From assembly GCA_963803805.1 (NCBI GenBank), contig CAWDOD010000003.1, positions 256,001 to 320,000 of the forward strand: a stretch of DNA of 64,000 nt. Direction: 5' to 3'. A program made the translations under genes and the position numbers. Positions 39,439-49,296 of the stretch are shown here, piece after piece. Positions within the stretch are counted from its first letter, which is position 1, and the number at the start of each line of letters is the position of its first letter. This stretch comes from an uncultured cyanobacterium (GTDB lineage: Bacteria > Cyanobacteriota > Cyanobacteriia > Cyanobacteriales > CAWCAG01). The notes below the pieces were generated by a model. That model worked only from the letters and a program-made list of their open reading frames with translations, had not been told where the DNA came from and did not search any database.

Positions 39439-42204
39439 ATGATTGGATTTTGGGGTAAGAATATGATTTTTTTGAAGCAGTTTATTTCTATTTTACTAAG
39501 AGAGTTTTGGGTGTCTAGAAAAGTTATAATTGCATTTTTACTTTCTTTGTGTGTTGCTCTTTCGCCTACTATTATTTTGGCTCAAACTACGCCCCAGGAG
39601 TTGGTTCAGGAGGGAAAGGCTTTTTATGAAGTGGGAAATTTACCAGAGGCGATCGCATCTCTACAAGAGGCTGTCGACTTATTTCGTAGCGCAAATGAGC
39701 AAGAAAATTTAGCAGTTACTTTGACTAATTTGGGTAATATTCAATTAACCCTCGGACAAGCTAATGAAGCTTTAGAAACTTGGCAGCAAGCGCAAACTAT
39801 TTACCAAGATTTAGGGAATAATTCTCATGTTTCCCTAAGCCAAATTAATCAGAGTAGGGCGCTGCAAGCTTTGGGTTTATATCCTCGTGCCTGCAATACC
39901 TTGATACAAGCTTTTCAACTTGCTCCCCTCAACTGTAATAACTTAACGGGGGAGAATTTACAACGGTTAAGGAGCGATCGCTTACCTGTGGTAGTACAGG
40001 TAGCAGGTTTACGTTCCCTGGGCAACTTATTCCGGGGCATGGGTAAATTAGAAGAGTCGGAGTTGGTTTTAGCACAAGCAGTTACTCAAGCTACTTCCCT
40101 TTCTCCCCAAACCAAAGGGGCAACCCAACTTAGTTTAGCTAATACCTTGAGGGCAAGGGGAAACTTAGAACGCGATCGCCTCTCCAAATCAGAGTATCAA
40201 CACTTACCTTGGCGCTACACTCCTAAAAATACACCGGAAGAAGCAGAAACATACTACCAACAAGCTGACAGCAAATATCTAGCTTTGAGTAAAGATGCTT
40301 CCTTGCCTGCTGAGTTGAAAATTAGGGCGCAACTCAATCATCTTAGCCTACTCTTAGAAAGGGGCAAACAAACTCAAACTCAAGACTTAGACATAAACGT
40401 AGAAAATTTACCCCTAAGCCGCAACAAAGTCTATGCCCGCATCAACTACGCCAAAAGCCTAGCTTTCTTACAACAGCAATCCTCTCGTGTCTCCCAATCT
40501 AAAGAGCTTAAGGTAGGGAGCGGGAAACAGGAAAAAGGGAACAGGGTATCTTGGGAAACCGTCACTAACCTACTCAATATCGCTTTAAACGAAGCCCAAG
40601 AATTAGAAGATAGCTACGCCCAAGCTTATGCTTTAGGTAACTTAGGCAGCCTTGATGAGTACTTTGCAACTATTGCCCAGAAACCCACAGAGTCTCAACA
40701 ATGGAACAAACAGGCACAACAGTTAACTGAAGAAGCCTTACTGATTCTGCAACCCCAAGTAAATCCTGAAGCAGCTTATCAATGGCAATGGCAACTAGGC
40801 AGACTCCTAGCTAGTCAAGGAGAAAGAGATGGTGCGATCACAACTTACGAATCAGCCGCCCAAACTCTTGATCAGGTACGCCGTAACCTAATAACTATCA
40901 ACTCTGATGTGCAGTTTTCCTTCCGGGATAATGTCGAACCTTTGTATCGAGAATTAGTATCGTTGTTGCTGCCTAAAGGAGAAACAAATCTCCCTCAAGA
41001 AAATCTTAAAAAATCTCTTTACTATGTAGAAGCCCTGCAATTAGCAGAATTAGAAAATTTCCTACGTTGTACTGTGCAAAATCAGAATAACGAAGGTTTA
41101 TTAGCCGGAGAAACTGATAATCAACAGGCACAAACTGAGCTATTGATTAAGCGTATTAATCGAGTTATTCAAGATGATCCTAATCAAAAAACCGCCTTTC
41201 TTTATCCTATACTTTTACCAGAACAAGTAGCAGTTATTCTTAAGTTACCTAACCAAGAAAAGTTAGCTTATCATCTTACTCCTAAAAATAAAGATGAAGT
41301 AGAAAAAGTAGTTAATAAAGCTACTTTATCTCTAAAAATCAAAGCTGATATTGACCCAAATGAAGAACAACCTCTGAAAGACTTATACCAAATACTATTA
41401 GCAAACTCTATTCCTGATTTAGAACAGGCACAAGCCAAAACTTTAATCTTTATTCTTGACAATGTCTTTCGTCCTATTCCCATGAGTGCTTTACATAATG
41501 GGCAAAACTATTTAGTTGCTCAAGACTATGCTACAGTGGTTGTACCAACAGTCCAATTATTACAACCTCTAAGTTTTCAACCTCAACAACTAACTGCTTT
41601 AATCGGCGGGGCAATTAAACATCGTGATGGATTTAATCCTTTAGAAGAAAACGTTAAATCACAAATTGCTGCCCTTAAGAAACTTTTACCTAATTCTAAA
41701 ATAATCAGTGATGGAAGTTTTACTAAAGCAACTATTCAACAAGAATTAGCTGCTAATTATTATCCAATTCTTCATTTAGTAACTCATGGTAAATTTGCTT
41801 CTGATCCACAGGAAACTTTTATTATGACTGATGATGAAGGCAAAGACTTTGAAGATTACTCCTTGAATATTAATGAATTTGAAAACTTACTCCAAACTGG
41901 CAAGCAAAACCAAGCAATTGAATTACTAGTTCTTAGCGCCTGTGACTCAGCAGAAGGAGACAACCGTGCTGTGTTAGGTATTGCGGGAGTTGCCGTTAAA
42001 TCTGGAGCAAAAGCCACCGTTGCACCTTTATGGACTGTCGACCAAGATTCTTCTAATTTATTAGTTGAAAAGTTCTATGAAAATTTAACTACAAAGGAGG
42101 TTAGTAAAGCAAAAGCATTAAACTTAGCACAACGATATGTATTGCAACAAAGTAATCATATTAGTCCCTATCATTGGGCACCTTTTGTTTTAGTGGGAAA
42201 CTAA
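39439..42204 (+). CDS. signal peptide-TPR-CHAT caspase-like protease (TpsB-linked type)
   Basis: YQWQWQLGRL, QFSFRDNVEPLY, LHLVTHGKF, LVLSACDSA, PYHWAPFVLVGN. Confidence 0.9.
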   Translation: MIGFWGKNMIFLKQFISILLREFWVSRKVIIAFLLSLCVALSPTIILAQTTPQELVQEGKAFYEVGNLPEAIASLQEAVDLFRSANEQENLAVTLTNLGNIQLTLGQANEALETWQQAQTIYQDLGNNSHVSLSQINQSRALQALGLYPRACNTLIQAFQLAPLNCNNLTGENLQRLRSDRLPVVVQVAGLRSLGNLFRGMGKLEESELVLAQAVTQATSLSPQTKGATQLSLANTLRARGNLERDRLSKSEYQHLPWRYTPKNTPEEAETYYQQADSKYLALSKDASLPAELKIRAQLNHLSLLLERGKQTQTQDLDINVENLPLSRNKVYARINYAKSLAFLQQQSSRVSQSKELKVGSGKQEKGNRVSWETVTNLLNIALNEAQELEDSYAQAYALGNLGSLDEYFATIAQKPTESQQWNKQAQQLTEEALLILQPQVNPEAAYQWQWQLGRLLASQGERDGAITTYESAAQTLDQVRRNLITINSDVQFSFRDNVEPLYRELVSLLLPKGETNLPQENLKKSLYYVEALQLAELENFLRCTVQNQNNEGLLAGETDNQQAQTELLIKRINRVIQDDPNQKTAFLYPILLPEQVAVILKLPNQEKLAYHLTPKNKDEVEKVVNKATLSLKIKADIDPNEEQPLKDLYQILLANSIPDLEQAQAKTLIFILDNVFRPIPMSALHNGQNYLVAQDYATVVVPTVQLLQPLSFQPQQLTALIGGAIKHRDGFNPLEENVKSQIAALKKLLPNSKIISDGSFTKATIQQELAANYYPILHLVTHGKFASDPQETFIMTDDEGKDFEDYSLNINEFENLLQTGKQNQAIELLVLSACDSAEGDNRAVLGIAGVAVKSGAKATVAPLWTVDQDSSNLLVEKFYENLTTKEVSKAKALNLAQRYVLQQSNHISPYHWAPFVLVGN

Positions 42205-42276
42205 GATAAGTAATAAGTAACAAGTAATAAGTAATAAGTTTTTCTAGTTAGTATTACAATTTTAGAAGCATAGATT

Positions 42277-43134
42277 ATGAAATTATTCAAATCATTTTCT
42301 CCAGTTAATAAGCTTGCTTTTCTATTAGCTTGCACTCTCTTTAGTTTTGCGAATATTTTGCCCTTTATACTAGGAGAAAAATCTGTAGCCAGAACTTACA
42401 CCAATGTTCTTAAAGAGGGTGATGGTTCTGAACCTAGTAATCAAATAGTTTTTATTCCTAGAACTCGGCGAGAAGGAGAAGGGGAACCCTATAATCAATC
42501 TTCTGGGGGTACTTATGGTGAAGATCGCTGTCCTCAATCTATTCCTAGCTTAACTGCTTTAGTTCCTGGAAAAGGTTTAGAAGAACCAGAAACTGAACCT
42601 GCGACAACGGAGAAAACTTATTGGTCTATTACTGCTCAAGAATTTCCTACCCTTTGGTTTTATGTTCCTTATCCTACTAGTGGTAAACTTGAAGCTAAAT
42701 TGAAAGTTATGACTAATGAAACTAGAGAAGTTGTTTACAGTAAGATTTATCAACTAAATGGAACACCAGGAATAATTGGTCTGACTATAAAAGATGAAGC
42801 TTTAGTAGTAGGAAAAGATTATCACTGGAGTTTCACTATCATTTGTGATCCTGAAAATAGAGATTCTGATGTTTATGTACAAGGTAAAATTGCCAGAGTA
42901 GCAGCAACACCAAAATTCACTCCTCTGCCTACAGCCAAACCGGAAGAAAAAGTTGATCTTTATGCAAGAGATGGTCTTTGGAATGAAACTTTAACAACTA
43001 TCTTCACCGAGTTATATCCTTCTAATCCCAAACAAGCTAAAGAGTATTTACGGGGCTTGTTGGGGTCAGAATATGTAAACTTAGAAAGTTTAGCAGAACA
43101 ACCAGTTGTTCCTTGTTGTGACTCTTCCTATTAG
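42277..43134 (+). CDS. DUF928 domain protein (exported)
   Basis: Signal peptide; CP..LTALVP, PTLWFYVPY, YHWSFTIICDP, YARDGLWNE. Confidence 0.85.
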   Translation: MKLFKSFSPVNKLAFLLACTLFSFANILPFILGEKSVARTYTNVLKEGDGSEPSNQIVFIPRTRREGEGEPYNQSSGGTYGEDRCPQSIPSLTALVPGKGLEEPETEPATTEKTYWSITAQEFPTLWFYVPYPTSGKLEAKLKVMTNETREVVYSKIYQLNGTPGIIGLTIKDEALVVGKDYHWSFTIICDPENRDSDVYVQGKIARVAATPKFTPLPTAKPEEKVDLYARDGLWNETLTTIFTELYPSNPKQAKEYLRGLLGSEYVNLESLAEQPVVPCCDSSY

Positions 43135-43138
43135 GCTT

Positions 43139-43166
43139 GCAGGGGCGAGTGACCCCTTGCCTCTAC
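43139..43166 (-). repeat. short GTAG REP-like hairpin between convergent DUF928 genes
   Basis: Minus strand GTAGAGGCAAGGGGTCACTCGCCCCTGC directly after the TGA. Confidence 0.5.
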
Positions 43167-43880
43167 TCATTCAACCAAAGGTTCAGAAATAAATTCATCT
43201 AATGAAACATTAGGATCTGATAATAAATCTGACCAATTTTGTTGTAATTCTTGATCTGCTGGATTAAACTTACGAGCTTCGATTAAGGTAGTAATAGCTT
43301 CCGCCCACAAACCTTGTTTGGCATACAAACGAATCCGTTCTTTAATACTACTGTGGGTTATTAAATATTCATCTGTAGTTACTCGTTGAATTACCCCACT
43401 TGCAGCAGCACCAGAAGCTTCAACTCCAGGTTTACAAGTGACTTCTACCCGCCAATTATAAGTACGATTGAGTTCTAAACCTGGCATATTTTTAGGTAAA
43501 GTAATACTGATAATACCTTCACCTTGTTTTATTTCGTAAGTTACATCTGCCACAGGATTATTTGCATCCCCGCTTTCAATGACTAAGTTTACAGTACCCT
43601 CTTTGTAAGGAAAATAAAACCAGAAAGTAGGATATTCTGCTATGGTATTTATTGTATTATCTTTAGGTATCAAAGCAGTAAAAGGTTTGTCTACATCTGG
43701 GCAACCACGTGGTGAAACAGAAGCCGAAGAGCTAACTGGTGGTGCGCCGTTGTTAGGGGGATCATATTCAAGAGGTTCATAAATAGGAATATTTTGACTA
43801 GCAACTGGAGTATTTATACAGTCTTTTCCCGCAACAATAATTAAGCTTAAAGTTGCCAAATAAGTTATTATATTTTTCAT
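43167..43880 (-). CDS. DUF928 domain protein (exported)
   Basis: PRGCP..FTALIP, PTFWFYFPY, YNWRVEVTC, YAKQGLWAE. Confidence 0.85.
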   Translation of the reverse strand: MKNIITYLATLSLIIVAGKDCINTPVASQNIPIYEPLEYDPPNNGAPPVSSSASVSPRGCPDVDKPFTALIPKDNTINTIAEYPTFWFYFPYKEGTVNLVIESGDANNPVADVTYEIKQGEGIISITLPKNMPGLELNRTYNWRVEVTCKPGVEASGAAASGVIQRVTTDEYLITHSSIKERIRLYAKQGLWAEAITTLIEARKFNPADQELQQNWSDLLSDPNVSLDEFISEPLVE

Positions 43881-43923
43881 GATTTAAACTGCCTATTACC
43901 TATTACTTTAGTACTTCCCACAT

Positions 43924-46302
43924 TCATCTCCAATTTTTCACTAATACCCATCCTCCTACACTACTAATCCCTAGAGAAGCTAAGGTCGGTACTAGCGGCA
44001 TCCATCCTCCTTGCTGTAAAAAAGCGAAACAAACGAGATATAAAACTAAAACACCAACTCCTGTATAAATAAAGACTAAAAATGACTTGCGTTCACGGAG
44101 TGTTTCTGGAAGAGAATTGCTTAGAGAGATAATTGTAATACCACTTCCTACTAAAGACCAAATAATTATCCAAAATACTTCTCCTGTTGGCGATAAAGTC
44201 CATAACAAAGGTCGTTTATCTAAGACTGCACTGAGGATTTGACTAGTCATTTGGGCTTGAATATTTACTCCAGACATTTGCTTTAATACTCCGTTACTAT
44301 AAGGAGTAGAAGAATAAGCAGTAGGGTTATAAATGGGGGCAACTATACCAACAATGACAATACGCCCTTTAATTAATTCAGGATCAAAGTTATTCTCCAG
44401 TACTTCACTAAGAGAAATTGTTGAAGCAGCATTTTTGGAACTACGATAATTAAGTAAAATTTGAAAACCACGATTATCTAATTTTTGATAGCCACCACTA
44501 TTAGGTTGTAAACGTTCAAATATTACATCACCAAGTTTGACACGATTTCTATCTATTGTTTTCGGTTCTATTCCTTCTAAACTTAGGTATTGTGAGGCTA
44601 ACTGAAAACCAAAAGAAAAGCGAGTAGTACACCCATTTTCTAAATCAGAACTCATAAACAAAAGATTACGGCGTAAAACTCCATCGAATTTGTCTAACAG
44701 TATATTGCTAAATCCTAAACTTTCTTCAGTTAATCCAGGGGGTGAAGAGATACCTGGTTGGTTGGGGTCATTTTTAGTTAATTTAACATTACATAAAGCA
44801 ACTAATTTATCATCATTTTGTAAAAGATTAAGTAGTTTTTGATGACCTGATTTGATGGGGCGATCGCGAAAAATCGATAAACCAATTGTGTGAGGTTTAT
44901 GTTCTTTTATTACCTCGATAGTTTCAGCTATTGTGCCATCAGAAAGGGGATAACCATAACGATTAATATCTTCTTCTGTGGCTTCAACTACTAATAAACG
45001 AGGATCTACTCCTTCATCAGGACGCATCCTCATTAACCAATCAAAAGCTTTAAATTCCCAAGCTTGGAATAAACCAAAAGAACGCAATACTATCACTAAC
45101 ATTCCTATCAGTAACCCGAAGGTAATTACTCCCCCTTTACGAAGTAATAAATCGCGGGGAGATAGTACGGGAGGATTACATAATTGTTCCCAAGTAGGAG
45201 GTTGGACAGACCAATGTTGACACACTACAGGTAGCCAACTGGCACAGTAATATTGGTCTTCTATATCTTTGAGCCTTTCTCTAGCTTTTCTAACAGCTAA
45301 ATAAAAAGATTTCCCTTTAGAAAAATTGGCGATAAATTCTGCTAAAAATTCCTGGGCGACGCGATTTTGTACTTGTTCGCGCATCACAATAACTTGGGAA
45401 ATTCCTAATAGTTCTAGTTGAGGAACTAACCCTAAACCTTGACAGGAATTAAAAATAGCTAACTGTAAACCATTTTCAATTGCTACTTGTAATGCTGCAT
45501 TTAATTCAGATATTTCTAGCTTGGTATTTCCATTAATACTAATCCAACCTTTTTGAGCATTAGACTTACTATGGCCGGCATAAAATAAGATATCCCAGCC
45601 TTGTTCATCTCTTAGGCGATCGCAAATTTGTTGACGGGAAGGTTGAGTCAGAATTTCTAAGTCTATCTGCCGGTTACTTCTGAGGGTATGTAAATCTGCT
45701 TCTGGATCTATATTCTGACAATCTCCAACAATAGCTAAAATCCTGACTCTTCCAGCCGCAGTTGATAACTTTTGCTTGGAAGAAAATCGAGGCGCACTTA
45801 AAGCTACTTCTGCTTTAGGATACTTCTTAAAAAAGTCCCATTCCTGCCAAGGTAATTTCCTTAATATTTCGTGATCGGTTTGAATTATAAAAACAACTTC
45901 ATCTTCAGTATTAATATTAGTACGTAAAGCTTGATCAATGGGCTGAAATTCTGGTGAATTGAGCCACTTATTAAGAGTTTCTAATAAGTAAGTAGGTAAT
46001 TCAGTGGCATTTTCTTGATTGCCTCTTTCAATACCATCATTAGAAAATTCTAATACTCTGGGTCTAAAATCAAGCCCTGCCTCACCAAGATTGTCACTAA
46101 GAAAACTACTACTATGACCAATAAAATCTTGATATAGCCATTGCCATCTCTGATAAGTTGTTTGAATTTCCTGGTTAGGGGGCAGACCGCCAGTATCTAT
46201 TTCTTCTAGTAATTCAGCCCCTTTATAAACGGTAACAACAAGATTAGAAAATCCTGCTTCTAAACTGCCATTTCCTAAGCGCAAAGAAATAATTTTTCTC
46301 AT
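43924..46302 (-). CDS. CHAT protease-TM-CHASE2-3TM sensor
   Basis: LPWQEWDFF, DILFYAGHS, AIFNSCQGLG, VIVMRE, ASWLPV; TM; CHASE2 (DPRLLVV, IFRDRP, DGVLRR, MSGVNIQAQ); three C-terminal TM helices. Confidence 0.88.
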   Translation of the reverse strand: MRKIISLRLGNGSLEAGFSNLVVTVYKGAELLEEIDTGGLPPNQEIQTTYQRWQWLYQDFIGHSSSFLSDNLGEAGLDFRPRVLEFSNDGIERGNQENATELPTYLLETLNKWLNSPEFQPIDQALRTNINTEDEVVFIIQTDHEILRKLPWQEWDFFKKYPKAEVALSAPRFSSKQKLSTAAGRVRILAIVGDCQNIDPEADLHTLRSNRQIDLEILTQPSRQQICDRLRDEQGWDILFYAGHSKSNAQKGWISINGNTKLEISELNAALQVAIENGLQLAIFNSCQGLGLVPQLELLGISQVIVMREQVQNRVAQEFLAEFIANFSKGKSFYLAVRKARERLKDIEDQYYCASWLPVVCQHWSVQPPTWEQLCNPPVLSPRDLLLRKGGVITFGLLIGMLVIVLRSFGLFQAWEFKAFDWLMRMRPDEGVDPRLLVVEATEEDINRYGYPLSDGTIAETIEVIKEHKPHTIGLSIFRDRPIKSGHQKLLNLLQNDDKLVALCNVKLTKNDPNQPGISSPPGLTEESLGFSNILLDKFDGVLRRNLLFMSSDLENGCTTRFSFGFQLASQYLSLEGIEPKTIDRNRVKLGDVIFERLQPNSGGYQKLDNRGFQILLNYRSSKNAASTISLSEVLENNFDPELIKGRIVIVGIVAPIYNPTAYSSTPYSNGVLKQMSGVNIQAQMTSQILSAVLDKRPLLWTLSPTGEVFWIIIWSLVGSGITIISLSNSLPETLRERKSFLVFIYTGVGVLVLYLVCFAFLQQGGWMPLVPTLASLGISSVGGWVLVKNWR

Positions 46303-46325
46303 GATATTTATACCAATGCACCAAC

Positions 46326-47303
46326 TTAAACGATAAATTCTTCAGTTAAGCTAGCCATCCCTAAACTAATCCTAAGTTTGAACTTGTCTCCTGGTGAGCA
46401 AGTGAATTCTGGTAATTGAATGAAATAATCTCTCCATTCAGATTTGACTTCTTTAAGAGGTTTTTCTGCTTCAGAAAGTATTTCTAATTTTAAACTTAAT
46501 GGTAAGTGTTTCTGTCCGGAAGCTGGATATAAACGAGCGCGAATTTTGAGCTTTTCTCCTGATTGTGGTGTGATCGTTATCATTAACATTACCCCTCGAT
46601 TAGCCAAGTTAATTTTCAAGTCAATCAACTTGGCTTTATCAATAGTACCAGTACTATTTCTCGGCATATAACTGAGATTTTGGGGTTGTCTTAGCAACAA
46701 CTCTTCAGCATCTTGCCAGCCCTGTTGCAGACTTGCTTTAGTATCTTTAAACCACTGTCCTAATACCACTACTTTTTCTTCAATTGTTTCACTCAGACTT
46801 TGAGTAGTAACTTCATATTGTTCCTGTTGGCTAAGATATTCAGGAAAATCTTCTAAAGAACGTAATTGCTCAAAAGAAACAACTCCTTCTGTTTCTTCTA
46901 CTGAAGGTACAAAACCGATAATATGTTGTTGCCTTTGAGATTCATTTATATAAACAAAAACATAACCAATACGGTTTTGCCAAGCATCAGGGGGAACATA
47001 AATATCTTCGTCTGAGGAAATGGCGCGACATTCTAACTTGCCGTGATTTTTGACTTCTAAATCTGCTACATTAGCAAAGCTAGACATGACCGGATCATGA
47101 AAGTCGCTACTATCCCAATCTGTTTCATAACCTAATAGTTCTAAATAGTCTTTAACAACACATACCGCCAAAATGTTATAGTAAAACTCCTTAGCTTGAT
47201 TTGAATTTAATTTCTTTTGACTCAAGTTCTTCGCTACTTCTTGATGAGAAAAAGTTAAGTCAATAGGAAATGTTAAATTGTCAGTTATTGCCTCGATGTT
47301 CAT
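46326..47303 (-). CDS. DUF1822 family protein
   Basis: YYNILAV..V..YL, VADLEV..GKLECR, DAWQNRIGYVFV, LGQWF, AKLIDL, LYP...LP..LKL. Confidence 0.85.
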   Translation of the reverse strand: MNIEAITDNLTFPIDLTFSHQEVAKNLSQKKLNSNQAKEFYYNILAVCVVKDYLELLGYETDWDSSDFHDPVMSSFANVADLEVKNHGKLECRAISSDEDIYVPPDAWQNRIGYVFVYINESQRQQHIIGFVPSVEETEGVVSFEQLRSLEDFPEYLSQQEQYEVTTQSLSETIEEKVVVLGQWFKDTKASLQQGWQDAEELLLRQPQNLSYMPRNSTGTIDKAKLIDLKINLANRGVMLMITITPQSGEKLKIRARLYPASGQKHLPLSLKLEILSEAEKPLKEVKSEWRDYFIQLPEFTCSPGDKFKLRISLGMASLTEEFIV

Positions 47304-47323
47304 TACTTATTGCTCCTAGTTGA

Positions 47324-48292
47324 TTATTGCAAAATCTCTCTCAAATACGTTTTAACTTTGCTTCGCTCTCGATAATAGAAAGTGCTGATGGTGCTTTGGG
47401 GAATATTCCATTTCTGGGACAGATTTTCAAAAGTCTCTCCTTCCCAATAAAGACCGATTAAAATATCGGCAAAGGTTTTCTTGGTAATTTTTCTAATCCT
47501 TTTATTTAACTTCGGATGTTCTTTAACAAGGGTTTTTAGTTCTTCTGACCTTTGGTGGCAAGCAAATTTTTCTTCGTAGTTTCCTGGTTGATTAGAAAAA
47601 GTTCGCGAAGTAGGATCTTCAATCTTGATTAAGACTTTATCTTCTTGAGCTTTACGAGATTGACTTTTTTTGAGTCCTAAAATCTGCCCAGCAGCATCAG
47701 GAAATTTCTTAGCAATCCAGTAATTTACCAAAGCCATAAAATCTTTACTTTCGTCGTATTCGCTAATCCTTTTCAAAGTATAGAGAATAGACTCTTTTTT
47801 TGCTTCGTAAAATGCCTCCTCGTAATCTCGCTTTGATAAATTGAAACTTGCCCCTAGTCCTACTCTTTTATAAACATTTTGTGTGTCCATGGCTTTAAGT
47901 AGCCACTGGGTATAAGTTCTCCTTTGAGGAGAATTTTCTGGAGTATGTTTGACTTTGGCAGCTAGAGTATTGATAAAGTTATCTGTGATTAATTCTTGCT
48001 CGTATTTGCGTTTCAGAATAGCTGCTTCTTCGGTCAAAGATTTAGCTATTTCCAAACAATTGGTGGTTTGATTAAGTTGAGATTCAAACAAATCCTCAAT
48101 ATTCTGCTTGAGTTCTGATTTAATTGCTTGAATTTCTCTGGTAAATAGTTCTTTAAGCTCCTGGTTTCTCCACCAACAATATGTAGATAACTTTTCAATA
48201 ACCTTTGTTTTAATTGCTATAGCCTCCTCACTCTCAGGTCTAGATTCTTGATACTTTTTGAGTAAATCACTGATCTGTATTGGTTCCCTCAT
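47324..48292 (-). CDS. sigma-70-like / HTH protein associated with DUF1822
   Basis: HTPENSPQRR, YEEA..E, ISEYD..FMALVNY (region 2-like); EGETFENLSQKWNIPQSTISTFYYR (region 4 HTH-like). Confidence 0.6.
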   Translation of the reverse strand: MREPIQISDLLKKYQESRPESEEAIAIKTKVIEKLSTYCWWRNQELKELFTREIQAIKSELKQNIEDLFESQLNQTTNCLEIAKSLTEEAAILKRKYEQELITDNFINTLAAKVKHTPENSPQRRTYTQWLLKAMDTQNVYKRVGLGASFNLSKRDYEEAFYEAKKESILYTLKRISEYDESKDFMALVNYWIAKKFPDAAGQILGLKKSQSRKAQEDKVLIKIEDPTSRTFSNQPGNYEEKFACHQRSEELKTLVKEHPKLNKRIRKITKKTFADILIGLYWEGETFENLSQKWNIPQSTISTFYYRERSKVKTYLREILQ

Positions 48293-48578
48293 ATTTCATG
48301 GTACTCATCTGGATTTACTCAATTATTATCTCAACTACTATAAAATGTCCCTACTACTCGCCATAAGTAGCGAAAGTTTACGTAAGTGCATTTCCGCATC
48401 TGAGAATTTCACCAGCATCTATTTGTATTTCTCATAAAGCAGCGCAATTTTATGCAAAATTTGGGAAATATATTTAATTCTCTTACCCAAATTAAATTTG
48501 ATAGGTGGCTAATGGCTAGTGGCTAGTTGCGAATAATCCTGTCTCCCCGTCTCACTAACAACACTTGCACTCTAACTA

Positions 48579-49139
48579 CTACTCTTTTAACCAAGCAAAT
48601 ATTTCACTTACCTTAAGCTGTAACCCTTGGGCAAACTCTGGCACTGGCAACACCGTTTCTCCCTCAAACACCTGCACTGGTTGATTGGCACTATAAACAA
48701 AAATGCACAATTCCTCCGGATCTACTAACCAACCCATCTCCGTACCATAATCGAGACAATGAAGAATGTTAAGGATTACCTTGCTTTGTCTTTGATTAGG
48801 AGAAAGAATTTCTATTGTCCAATCCGGCGGAATATTAAAAGCATTTTCTACTCTTCCGTCAGGCTTCCGAGGTATATTATCCCACTGAAAAACTGACACA
48901 TCTGGTACTATAGAGCGTTTTCCGAAAGTACAACGTAACTCTGGATAAGCACGAGCGACTTTCTTAGGCTTCAAAGTGCTATTAACAGTACTGACTAAAT
49001 CCCCTTGCAGTGTGCTATGTTCTCCCTGGGGCATGACTTTCTGAATAATTTCTCCCTTAATATACTCGCTAGCGGGTTTCGTCTCTGGTAACTCCAGGAA
49101 TTTCTCTAAGGTTAGGAGTTTTGTGGGTGTCTGTACCAT
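48579..49139 (-). CDS. Uma2 family endonuclease
   Basis: LPETKPASEY, PQGEHS, PELRCTF, SIVPD, PDWTIEILSP. Confidence 0.92.
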   Translation of the reverse strand: MVQTPTKLLTLEKFLELPETKPASEYIKGEIIQKVMPQGEHSTLQGDLVSTVNSTLKPKKVARAYPELRCTFGKRSIVPDVSVFQWDNIPRKPDGRVENAFNIPPDWTIEILSPNQRQSKVILNILHCLDYGTEMGWLVDPEELCIFVYSANQPVQVFEGETVLPVPEFAQGLQLKVSEIFAWLKE

Positions 49140-49223
49140 AGGACTACTTTTCCGTTGTAGAATCAAAGCTAGCTTATAGCTTCCGATTATAGCTTATGGC
49201 AGATTAGTGTTTAATGTATAGAC

Positions 49224-49283
49224 AGGGCGACCCAATCTAAATTCTAGTTGGTCGGAAATACTTTGGAAACGGGTCGCCCCTAC
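49224..49283 (-). repeat. GTAG REP-like element, family A
   Basis: AGGGCGACCCAA...AAACGGGTCGCCCCTAC. Confidence 0.75.
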
Positions 49284-49296
49284 AACTTATTACTTA

